Shown here one piece after another: positions 45,392 through 53,948 of a stretch of 64,000 bases of DNA. The first letter of the stretch is position 1, and each line of letters begins with the position of its first letter. The notes below the pieces were generated by a model. The model saw only the letters and a program-made list of their open reading frames with translations, did not search any database and had not been told where the DNA came from. Where the stretch lies: positions 665,489 through 729,488 of the forward strand of contig OY282375.1 in assembly GCA_958295825.1 (NCBI GenBank), given 5' to 3'. The DNA comes from an uncultured Candidatus Entotheonella sp. GTDB lineage: Bacteria; Tectomicrobia; Entotheonellia; Entotheonellales; Entotheonellaceae. A program made the translations under genes and the position numbers.

Positions 45392-48300
45392 ATGACCCTC
45401 GACGCACTCCGAACCTACTGCAATCAGATAACCCGAATCCACGCCACCGGACAGGCCACCGAGCATAGTTATCGTCCGGCTTTCGCGTCCCTGGTCGAAG
45501 CACTGGGCGGCGGCCAGGTCCGGGCGCTCAACGAGCCGTCGCACGTCGCCTGCGGCGCCCCGGACTTCATCGTTGAGCGCCACGGCGTGCCCACGGGTCA
45601 TATCGAATGCAAGAACGTCAGCGTCCACCTGGACGACGTTGAAAACAATGCGCAACTCCGCCGCTACCGCGACGGCCTGCCCAATCTGATCCTTACCAAC
45701 TATCTGGAATTTCGCTGGTATACGGCAGGCCAGCGACGCAAGATCGCCTGCCTCGGACGCTTTGACGGCCAAAACAAAATGGCCTTCGACAGGGTGGGCG
45801 CCGAACAGGTCAGCGCCTTGTTCGACGGCTTCTTTGCCGCCGACCTGCCGATGATCGACAACCCGCGCGAGCTGGCCGAGCGTATCGCCGCCAAGGCGCG
45901 GCTGCTGCGTGACGGCGTGGAGCGTATTTTCGCGCAGGAAAACCCATCCGGGCCGTTGCATGACCTGTTGACGGCCTATCGGCAGGTTCTGATTCAAAAC
46001 CTCAAGCCCACCGATTTCGCCGACCTGCAGGCGCAGACCGCTACCTACGGCCTGTTCGCGGCACGCTGCCAGCACGAGCCGTCGAGGCCATTCACCCGAA
46101 AAGAAGCGATCTTCGCAAAGACAACGCCATTCCTGCGCGACGTCTTTGGCCGCATCGCCGGCCCGGACATCGACCCGCGCATTGCCTGGATCGTGGATGA
46201 TCTGGCGCGCCTCCTGGACCGGGCGGACATGGCGGCGATCCTGACCGATTTCGGCCGGCGCACCCGGCAGGAAGACCCGGTGGTTCATTTCTACGAAGAC
46301 TTCCTGGCCGCCTACGACCCGAAATTGCGCGAAGTGCGCGGCGTCTACTACACGCCCGAGCCGGTCGTCTCCTACATCGTGCGCAGCGTGGATCACCTGC
46401 TACGCGACCGCTTCGGCCTTGCCGACGGCCTCGCCGACACGGCAACGGTTACAGTCGAAAGACCGGACGGCGAACAGGAGACCAGCCCGCGCGTGCTGAT
46501 TCTCGACCCTGCGGCAGGCACCGGCACGTTCCTGCGCGAGGCGATTGCCACAATCCGCGCCACCATCGAGAACAAGGGACTCGGCGGCGTCTGGCCGGGC
46601 TACGTGCGGGACCATCTGTTGCCGCGCCTGTTCGGATTCGAGTTGCTGATGGCGCCCTACGCCATTTGCCATCTGAAGCTGGCGCTGGAGATTGGCGGCG
46701 CGGAGGCGGACTTCACCATGCCGGCGGGCGAGCGGCTGCGGGTTTTTCTCACCAACACGCTGGAGGAACCGCACGAGCGGAGCGGCGCGCTGTTCGCCCA
46801 CGAGATCGTTCGTGAAGCGGCCGGCGCCGATGACGTGAAGCGCAAGAAGCCGGTGATGGTAGTGCTCGGCAACCCGCCGTATTCCGGTCATTCCGCCAAC
46901 AAGGGCGCGTGGATCGCGGAACTGATCGATGACTACAAACGCGGCTTCCCCGAGTTGCAAAAACCGGCGCAGGCAAAATGGCTGAGCGACGACTACGTCA
47001 AATTCACCCGCTTCGCCCAATGGCGGATCGAGCGCAGCGGCGAAGGCGTGCTCGGCTTCGTCACCAATCACGGCTGGCTGGACAACCCGACCTTTCGCGG
47101 CATGCGCCACAGCCTGATGGAAACCTTCGACGAGATTCACGTGCTCGATCTGCACGGCAACGCCAAGAAGAAAGAACGCGCGCCGGACGGGGGCAGGGAC
47201 GACAACGTGTTCGACATTCAGCAAGGCGTCGCCATCGGCTTGTTCGTCAAGCGGTCGGATACCGCCGCCAGACCGGCGCGGGTGTTTCACGCCGACGTGT
47301 GGGGGGAGCGCGAGGCGGGACCCGACGGGGGCAAATACGGCTGGCTCGCCGCCAATGGCGTTGAAACAACGGAGTGGACGGAGCTTGCGCCCAAACCGCC
47401 GCTCTACCTGTTCATCCAGCGTGACGAAGAATTGCTCGGGGAGTACGAGGCGGGGTGGTCCATTCCGGCGATTTTCTCGCCGAACGGCGACCCGGCGCCG
47501 GGGATCGTCACGACGCACGATCAATTTGCGATTTCATGGACCCCGGAAGAAGCCGCGGCCAAAGTGGAGCGTCTGCTTGCCACGACCTCGGAGGACGAGG
47601 CGCGCAGCCAATGGCGTCTATGTTCGCAGAACCAATGGGAGTACGGTCGCGCCAAGCGCGAACTCGCGGACGGCTCGTGGCGCGAACGGATTGAACCGAT
47701 TCTCTATCGCCCGTTCGATGTCAGAACGACCGTGTTCGACGGCAACGTCGCCGTTCACCGGCGCGAGCGTGTCATGCGCCACATGTTGAATGGGAAGAAT
47801 CTGGCGCTGATAATTCCCAAGCAGCATAGGGATGAATTCGGTACTTTAGCGGCGCAATTCATCAGCGCCCATAAAGCCGTTGCGGCCTACGATATCAATT
47901 ATCATTTCCCCCTCTACGTCTATCCATCTACATATCGCCGAGAACCCAATATCGACCAGGACTTCATCAAGACCCTCTCCGCCGCTACCGGTCTCGCCTT
48001 CGTCCCGGACGGCACGGGCGATCTCGAAACCACGTTCGGGCCGGAAGCCGTCTTCCACTACGTCTACGCCATCCTCCACAGTCCCGAATACCGCCGCCGG
48101 TACACCGATTTCCTGAAGTCGGACTTCCCGCGCATCCCGCTGACCAAGGACTGCGAGCTGTTCACGAAACTCGCCACCCTCGGCAAGCAACTCGCCGCCT
48201 TGCATCTCATGGAAACAGAAGGGGAGAACTCACCGGCCTTTCCCGTCGCCGGTTCCAATCGCATGGAGAAGGCGCGGTATGCGCCACCGAACGATGGCCT

Positions 48301-48547
48301 GCCGGGCCGGGTGTGGATCAACCGCGACCAGTATTTCGAGGGCGTTACTCCAGCCACCTGGACCTTCGCCATCGGCGGCTACCGCCCGGCCGAGAAGTGG
48401 CTGAAAGACCGCAAGAACCGCGTCCTGTCGTTCGAGGACATCATTCACTACCGCAGAATCTGCGCGGCGCTCGCTGCAACGCCGGACATCATGGCCCGAA
48501 TCGACGAAACGATTATCGTGTGTGGCGGCTGGCCGCTGACCTGCTGA
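45392..48547 (+). CDS. MmeI-family single-chain restriction-modification enzyme, copy 1 (type IIL/IIG: N-terminal PD-ExK nuclease, gamma-class N6-adenine MTase, C-terminal TRD)
   Basis: N-terminal nuclease-like ...PDFIVERHGVPTGHIECKNV. MTase motifs GVYYTPEPVVSYIV, LDPAAGTGTFL and LGNPPYSG. C-terminal region ...FHYVYAILHSPEYRRRYTDFLKSDFPRIPL...GGYRPAEKWLKDRK... as in MmeI-family TRD/C-terminal modules. GGAAGG RBS before the ATG at 45392. Confidence 0.8.
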   Translation: MTLDALRTYCNQITRIHATGQATEHSYRPAFASLVEALGGGQVRALNEPSHVACGAPDFIVERHGVPTGHIECKNVSVHLDDVENNAQLRRYRDGLPNLILTNYLEFRWYTAGQRRKIACLGRFDGQNKMAFDRVGAEQVSALFDGFFAADLPMIDNPRELAERIAAKARLLRDGVERIFAQENPSGPLHDLLTAYRQVLIQNLKPTDFADLQAQTATYGLFAARCQHEPSRPFTRKEAIFAKTTPFLRDVFGRIAGPDIDPRIAWIVDDLARLLDRADMAAILTDFGRRTRQEDPVVHFYEDFLAAYDPKLREVRGVYYTPEPVVSYIVRSVDHLLRDRFGLADGLADTATVTVERPDGEQETSPRVLILDPAAGTGTFLREAIATIRATIENKGLGGVWPGYVRDHLLPRLFGFELLMAPYAICHLKLALEIGGAEADFTMPAGERLRVFLTNTLEEPHERSGALFAHEIVREAAGADDVKRKKPVMVVLGNPPYSGHSANKGAWIAELIDDYKRGFPELQKPAQAKWLSDDYVKFTRFAQWRIERSGEGVLGFVTNHGWLDNPTFRGMRHSLMETFDEIHVLDLHGNAKKKERAPDGGRDDNVFDIQQGVAIGLFVKRSDTAARPARVFHADVWGEREAGPDGGKYGWLAANGVETTEWTELAPKPPLYLFIQRDEELLGEYEAGWSIPAIFSPNGDPAPGIVTTHDQFAISWTPEEAAAKVERLLATTSEDEARSQWRLCSQNQWEYGRAKRELADGSWRERIEPILYRPFDVRTTVFDGNVAVHRRERVMRHMLNGKNLALIIPKQHRDEFGTLAAQFISAHKAVAAYDINYHFPLYVYPSTYRREPNIDQDFIKTLSAATGLAFVPDGTGDLETTFGPEAVFHYVYAILHSPEYRRRYTDFLKSDFPRIPLTKDCELFTKLATLGKQLAALHLMETEGENSPAFPVAGSNRMEKARYAPPNDGLPGRVWINRDQYFEGVTPATWTFAIGGYRPAEKWLKDRKNRVLSFEDIIHYRRICAALAATPDIMARIDETIIVCGGWPLTC

Positions 48548-48961
48548 CAGGAAAGGTACATGCAGACAATACCCAAACCCGATAATAACAGTTGATTCAA
48601 TTACAAGGCACAACAACTCGGTGACACCTACTGGTTATGCGTCGTTTGGGACCCTCTGGACCGACCCGACCCCGTTCCCCTGATGGTCCGGAACCCGGCC
48701 CAGGCATCTTGACTACGCGAAGAAAGAAGTCGTAGCCGCTCGCTACTATGACCTGCCGGCCGATGCCATCGAGCAGGCCGCCCGCGACCAACAGGGGTTG
48801 AGGTAAACCGAAGAAGCCAGACTTGCGCAGACCAACACCACAACATCTGTTGACATAATCTTCAGGTTTTCTTATTTTCGTGCGATAAAGAACACTGTTA
48901 TTACCCTGTCGGAAAATATCGCGAGGCCGAGTATGCGACTGCAAATACCGGGGACTCCCTT

Positions 48962-49147
48962 ATGAAGAACGTCACGATCACCCTGCCGGAGAACCTTATC
49001 GGCTGGCTAAGGAACTAGGCAACGGAGAACAAACGCAGCGTGTCCAAGTGGGTGGCCGAGTTGCTCGAAAAGATACGGCGCCAAGAAGATGAGTACGAGA
49101 CCGCAATGCAACGTGCCCTATCGATCGCGCCTCGCAAAATGGAATAG
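48962..49147 (+). pseudogene. Ribbon-helix-helix (CopG/antitoxin-like) gene interrupted by an in-frame TAG at 49016-49018
   Basis: MKNVTITLPENLIGWLRN*ATENKRSVSKWVAELLEKIRRQEDEYETAMQRAL... is a typical RHH antitoxin pattern (MKNVTI.LPE.L...L...A.....S.S..V.ELL) with a stop at codon 19. Confidence 0.45.
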
Positions 49148-49193
49148 ATCGACAGCCCTAAGCCATCTCACGAAGAGAGGAAAAGCACAACAA

Positions 49194-49883
49194 ATGAAAG
49201 CGTCAACCGAATGGATAAACATTGCTTACCAAGCTAAATTCGACGTCCCCTTGTTTGACTTGGCAACACGATCACCTGAATTTCAACAACACATATACAA
49301 GGCAATCCGGTCAGACTATCCATATGCGTTAAGCTTGGCGGACATGCACCTTTTCACAAGCGGAATTCAAGCGGAAACCGAGTTACAAATCAAGATGTTC
49401 CACGGCAACGTTTCAGTCAACTTAACTCGTGAACGTTTAGCGATAGACTTCTCCGACATAAACTGGAAGACGGACCTCAACACATGCAAGACATGTATTG
49501 ACCTGGTATGGAAAAGCCTTTTTCAGACTTGGACCGATATGAATATGAGTTTGCTCACAGATTTAATCAGTACCTCGCTTTCCCTGCGTGCTGATGGCGC
49601 GGCACGTCATCTTGAGGAGGTTGTACCGACTAATGAATTCTACGTTGATCCGACTCAGCTCGATGCCACCGAAAGACATCCGGCCGTTGTCATCGAGCTC
49701 GGCAATTCGAAAAATGGGTGGCGAGCAATGGCCAATGCAACCGCGCAAACTCAGGACAATTTGTTCGTATTTTGCCAGACTCGATACAATGCTTCCAGCA
49801 TACCGCTTACCGATCGCGTCGCCAAACAGCTTGATCTGGTTAATTTGATCCTTCATGGAATCAAGGTGGAACTGGAACTATGA
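49194..49883 (+). CDS. Hypothetical protein (229 aa), AT-rich, translationally coupled (ATGA) to the downstream DUF2384 antitoxin-like gene
   Basis: MKASTEWINIAYQAKFDVPLFDLATRSPEFQQHIYKAIRSDYPYALSLADMHLF... GAAGAGAGGAAAAG RBS. No recognisable family. Confidence 0.5.
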   Translation: MKASTEWINIAYQAKFDVPLFDLATRSPEFQQHIYKAIRSDYPYALSLADMHLFTSGIQAETELQIKMFHGNVSVNLTRERLAIDFSDINWKTDLNTCKTCIDLVWKSLFQTWTDMNMSLLTDLISTSLSLRADGAARHLEEVVPTNEFYVDPTQLDATERHPAVVIELGNSKNGWRAMANATAQTQDNLFVFCQTRYNASSIPLTDRVAKQLDLVNLILHGIKVELEL

Positions 49884-50485
49884 CCACTGCATCTCAAGGA
49901 ATAAATGCCGGACTCGAACATCGCAATCGGAATCCTGGCTTGGATTCCAAAGTTTACAACACTCCACAACCGCCAGATTACATGCTTTACACGTTTCGGG
50001 ACTGGTTTTGGGATCAGCCTCGATCCGGCGACAACTTGGCGGCAACTCACTCATCTCGCACTCCGCTCAGACAGAAGAAATCCGCCTCGTCTTTTCCTCC
50101 CACATCGGTTATGCACCCTTTGCACGAAAAAAGGTTAATAAGCGGTCCCATCCAATTCATTTTAAAGCTGCTCGACTACTGGCATTTGAACAGAGACGAC
50201 GCAGTCTCCCTCCTCGGATTTAATTCCACAGACAGCAATTCTGTAAAGGACATTTTAAACGGCATGACATCTCTCGACAGAGACGTGCGTGACCGAATCG
50301 CTCACCTTTTTCACATCTGGACAACTCTGTCATCGCTATTCCAGGACAGGGACGTCGAAAACGACTGGCTGCGCGAACCTCACGCACTACTTGACGAGCA
50401 GTCGCCCCTGAATCTCCTGATGGACGGCGACATGGAAAACCTGCTGTTGGTAAAGGAATACGTCGATGCCGCAGCTGGGCACTAA
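49880..50485 (+). CDS. ParS/MbcA/Xre-type antitoxin-like protein with C-terminal DUF2384 (RES-toxin-binding) domain
   Basis: C-terminal ...RDVRDRIAHLFHIWTTLSSLFQDRDVENDWLREPHALLDEQSPLNLLMDGDMENLLLVKEYVDAAA fits DUF2384. The N-terminal ~90 aa are atypical, with no obvious HTH. Confidence 0.6.
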   Translation: MTTASQGINAGLEHRNRNPGLDSKVYNTPQPPDYMLYTFRDWFWDQPRSGDNLAATHSSRTPLRQKKSASSFPPTSVMHPLHEKRLISGPIQFILKLLDYWHLNRDDAVSLLGFNSTDSNSVKDILNGMTSLDRDVRDRIAHLFHIWTTLSSLFQDRDVENDWLREPHALLDEQSPLNLLMDGDMENLLLVKEYVDAAAGH

Positions 50486-51095
50486 CCAGCTCGACGCCAT
50501 ACCGACTCAGCAATCCGAATACCAAGTCTTTCGGTTAGCCAGCATCGCTGACCACGTCGATTCTCTCAATAAACTTGGGCTTGATGCCCAAAGCAACCGG
50601 GAAATGAGAGAACTACTCCAGAATACAGGCTATTGGCAGTCTCCGAACGAACTATTCCTGATTCCATTTCGACAAAGGCAACGTTGGGCAACACGTTTTT
50701 CGGACCGATCGTTTCCAGTACTTTACTGCTCGCTTGAACCTGACACGGCCAAGACGGAAGTTCAACACTGGTTCGCGAAATTCAGCGGCCGGCCCAGCTG
50801 TCAGCGTTCCGCTTATTACCGGCAGCTATCCTGCTCGTTCGCAGGCACCACAAAGGATCTCCGACCGAAGCTGGCGGCTTGGCCGGACTTGATACATCCC
50901 GATGACTACGCTTTCTGTAACCAGCTCGGCGCTGAAGCGATTCAACTGAAGTTGGACGGTTTGCTGACACCTTCAGCGAGACGACCCAACGGCACCAATT
51001 TGCCGATTTTCAGGAGCCAAGCTATCGCTAGCGCCAAGGTTGACAAAGACGATCTGATCACAATTACGGCCGGTCCCGTTGATGTTGCCGAATGA
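50466..51095 (+). CDS. RES-domain toxin (ParT/MbcT-like NAD+-targeting)
   Basis: ...RFSDRSFPVLYCSLEPDTAKTEV... (R and E of the RES motif) and ...LLTPSARRPNGTNLPIF (the S motif). Overlaps the antitoxin stop by 20 nt. Confidence 0.7.
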   Translation: MPQLGTNQLDAIPTQQSEYQVFRLASIADHVDSLNKLGLDAQSNREMRELLQNTGYWQSPNELFLIPFRQRQRWATRFSDRSFPVLYCSLEPDTAKTEVQHWFAKFSGRPSCQRSAYYRQLSCSFAGTTKDLRPKLAAWPDLIHPDDYAFCNQLGAEAIQLKLDGLLTPSARRPNGTNLPIFRSQAIASAKVDKDDLITITAGPVDVAE

Positions 51096-51133
51096 GCAGA
51101 TTGAAGAATTTGAATTTGAAATGGTAATACACA

Positions 51134-51616
51134 ATGATGCTGCCCCCCCCTGACCGTCGCTTGATCGAAGACTACCTGCCACTGGACGAACTCAACGCCA
51201 TCGCCGGGAAGGAGAAGAAGCATCCCAAGCACCCGGTGGCGCTCGTTCACTATTGGCCGGCGTGCCGACCGACGACCGCTTCTCGGGCCGCTATCTATGC
51301 CGAGTTGGTTCCCGCGCCGAACTCCGATGGCGAACGCACCGAATCCACATCGTTCGTCACCAATCTCGCCGCGTTCAAGCCCGATCCCAATATCCTCAGC
51401 AAGGTAAGAGAGCGAATCAGGACCCAACACGGCAGGCGAGCGCCCAATGACGTCGCCAAAACGATCAGCAAGTATTTACTCGACGTCGAAAACCCTCTTT
51501 CAAAACGCCTTATCCACGCTTTAACCAACCAAATTCAACCTTCAGATGCCGTAGGCGGCAAAAAAAGGAGATCGACCCATGGGCTATTGCATAGACCGCG
51601 TCAACAGGAGACCTAG
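51134..51616 (+). pseudogene. N-terminal fragment of a DUF1156/COG1743 adenine-specific DNA methylase (component of DUF1156-DUF499 defence loci)
   Basis: MMLPPPDRRLIEDYLPLDELNAIAGKEKKHPKHPVALVHYWPACRP... matches the DUF1156 N-terminus (IEDYLP...E.S...reK........lH.WWARRP). Only 160 codons remain and the rest is unrelated. Confidence 0.45.
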
Positions 51617-52123
51617 ACGCTCACTCCACTGACGCCGTTTATGTCTTCTTCGTAGAGCGTGCGTTCCTCCTCGCCTGACCTGCCGGCTTCTCACTACTTT
51701 TCGCATTCGATCCACTCCTCGACCGACTTCCGCGTTACGAAATCAGCTATACCAACCGGATGCGTTTGTCGCATCAATTTGATTCTTCAAACTGGTGGGA
51801 TTGGTCATACGCGCGGCGGTTCATGCGAACAATTGCCAATCGTTCTAATTGAGTCTGCACCCAATGCTGCCACCTGCCACGTCCTACAGGGTAATGCGTT
51901 CGCCCTGGTTCCCACGATAGGCCAAGCCCAACAGCGCCCGGTAGTGAGCAGCGCGCTTCAAGCCCCACCATGCCAGCCGTGGCGATACGATGGGGCCGCC
52001 CACCGCGCCCGGTGGTAGGTCAACAATCAGGCGTAATTCGTCGTCTTCATCCTCGGGAACTTGTGCCATGGTGACAACCTGCCGCCAGCCGCTCTTGCGG
52101 TAGTGATCTAGTTTGAAAAGGGA

Positions 52124-52477
52124 ATGGAAAAACACCCAGTACAAGTCAAGGAAAAATGCTACATTGAAATTGTACAGGTGGGCATCTTGACGCTCTATGT
52201 CGAGCGCCAGGACCTCAACATGCGGATGGGAATGCGCCGCTTCACTCGCCTCACGAACGCTTTCAGCAAGAAGATGGCCAACCACATGGCGATGGTGGCT
52301 CTGTACACGGCGTTCCATAACTTCTGCCGCCTTCACACCTCGTTGCGCATGACACCAGCAATGGCGGCTGGTTTGAGCATGGAACTTCACGATACGGAGT
52401 GGACCGCTGGACTGATCGACGCCCGAACTCAGAAGCCGAATCGTCCCAAAACTTACCGCAAGCGAATTTCAAACTAG
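52124..52477 (+). pseudogene. C-terminal fragment of a DDE transposase (family uncertain, possibly IS1595-like)
   Basis: ...MRMGMRRFTRLTNAFSKKMANHMAMVALYTAFHNFCRLHTSLRMTPAMAAGL..., a conserved transposase C-terminal block. The stop codon is overlapped by the IS427-like copy 2 left end. Confidence 0.4.
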
Positions 52478-53179
52478 AAGCAGTTTCATAACTTAATTTG
52501 CCATGAGGCTTCCTTTTGGTATGCAATCAATGGCTGAAAGGAGGCCTGACATGAACCGCCATCAGAGTGAACTAAGCGATGAGCAGTGGGAAAAAATCGC
52601 TCCCTTCCTGCCCAAACCCCAAGCCTCGCCTTGGGGTGGACCCAAACCAATCCCCAATCGCCCTTGCTTCGAGGGCATCTTGTGGGTCCTTCGCAGCGGC
52701 GCCCGCTGCAAAGACCTGCCAGCGTCCTATCCTTCCCCCAGCACCTGTTGGCGTCGTCTGTGCCTCTGGGAGGAACAAGAGGTGTGGCTTAAGGCATGGC
52801 GCGCCTTTCTGGCGCAACTTGACCGCCAAGGACAGCTTGATTGGGCCGAAACCTTTGCTGACGGCAGCTTTGCCCCGGCCAAAAAAGGGGGCCTTGCGTC
52901 GGCCCTACCAAGAAGGGCAAAGGTACGAAGTGGATGGTGGTGGCAGACGGCCAAGGTGTTCCTCTGGGAAACCTCCTGGAATCGGCGTCCGCAGCGGAAG
53001 TGACCTTGATCGAGCGGGCCTTGACACAAGTGTCGGTGCCGCGTCGTGGCCGCGGTCGGCCTCGCCAAAAGCCCGCGCGCCTCATATCGCGTGCATGCTG
53101 ATAACGCTGAATAAGCTTCTCAATGGCTTCTAACTCATTTGCTTGTAACTATCATCAGGTAGTTATGAAACAGCCTCTA
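52475..53179 (+). mobile_element. IS427-like (IS5 family) copy 2 with an about 230-bp internal deletion
   Basis: Same terminal inverted repeats and the same orfA (52530-53003) as copy 1. The sequence jumps from the equivalent of about 34850 to about 35080 of copy 1, removing most of orfB. Flanked by TA. Confidence 0.8.
52530..53003 (+). CDS. IS427-like transposase OrfA, copy 2
   Basis: MAERRPDMNRHQSELSDEQWEKIAPFLPKPQ... is near-identical to 34295-34768. The slippery AAAAAAG run is retained. Confidence 0.75.
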   Translation: MAERRPDMNRHQSELSDEQWEKIAPFLPKPQASPWGGPKPIPNRPCFEGILWVLRSGARCKDLPASYPSPSTCWRRLCLWEEQEVWLKAWRAFLAQLDRQGQLDWAETFADGSFAPAKKGGLASALPRRAKVRSGWWWQTAKVFLWETSWNRRPQRK

Positions 53180-53463
53180 AGCATGACCCCCTTGACGCGA
53201 ATAATACCCAGCGACTTGCTGATTCACTCAAGCAGCAGATCAGACCTGTAAATGCAGTACTTATAATTTCAGGCATGTACGTGCATTACAGGGATTGGAT
53301 TCAGTATGAAATTGAAGTAGCTCGGAGTTACAACAAACCGATCATCGGGATTGAACCCTGGGGTTCTCAGCGTGTTCCTACTGAAGTTCAGTCGGCCGCA
53401 ATAGCAATGGTGGGGTGGCGCACAAATTCAATTGTCACCGCGGTCAGGAGATACGCCATATGA
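53180..53463 (+). pseudogene. TIR-like (DUF1863/MTH538-type, ThsB-like) gene, 5' end truncated by the IS427-like insertion
   Basis: Open frame from the IS end: ...LDANNTQRLADSLKQQIRPVNAVLIISGMYVHYRDWIQYEIEVARSYNKPIIGIEPWGSQRVPTEVQSAAIAMVGW... matches the C-terminal half of DUF1863 TIR-like domains (...S.W...EI..A....KPII.V......P..L....). Confidence 0.5.
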
Positions 53464-53942
53464 AACCTGAAGAATACGGCGAAAAGTACCGGGATCATCT
53501 CCTGGAGCAGTACAAGCTCTTCGTCGAGATGGCGGACAGGGTGAGCCAGCGCAGAGACCAGTCAAACAGATTTTACGTAACCCTCGTATCCGCTATCGCC
53601 GGGCTTCTGATGGTGCTGGCAAGATTTGGTACGTCTGTCAACGGTATCTGGCCTGTCGTGTTTCTGATAAGCGGATTGCTCGGGGCGACCCTATCGTTCA
53701 TCTGGTTTCTCAACATCAAGTCCTACCGGACGCTAAATACGGCAAAGTTCGAGATCATCAACGATTTGGAGCGGCGATTGCCTTATCAGGGATACTCAAA
53801 GGAATGGGAACTGTTGCGTCCCGCAATCGGCTCTCCCAAATACCTTCAGCTCACAAGAATCGAACAGCTTGTACCCGCGGTCATCATTCTGCTTTTTCTT
53901 GGGATAGCAGGTTACGGCGCGTGTTTGCTGGTACGCGGTTAA
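53460..53942 (+). CDS. 2-TM membrane protein, SLATT-like candidate effector coupled (ATGA overlap) to the TIR-like gene
   Basis: MKPEEYGEKYRDHLLEQYKLFVEMADRVSQRRDQSNRFYVTLVSAIAGLLMVL...WPVVFLISGLLGATLSFIWFL...: N-terminal helix, two TM helices and a C-terminal helical tail, as in SLATT-domain partners of TIR/SMODS genes. Confidence 0.45.
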   Translation: MKPEEYGEKYRDHLLEQYKLFVEMADRVSQRRDQSNRFYVTLVSAIAGLLMVLARFGTSVNGIWPVVFLISGLLGATLSFIWFLNIKSYRTLNTAKFEIINDLERRLPYQGYSKEWELLRPAIGSPKYLQLTRIEQLVPAVIILLFLGIAGYGACLLVRG

Positions 53943-53948
53943 TTAACC

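Noticed and set aside
48600-48810. Possible C-terminal remnant of a DUF3883/restriction-endonuclease-like domain (...DTYWLCVVWDPLDRPDPVPLMVRNPA...)
   Set aside because: The resemblance is limited to a short motif in one frame, with a stop shortly after. It is too weak to call without a profile search.
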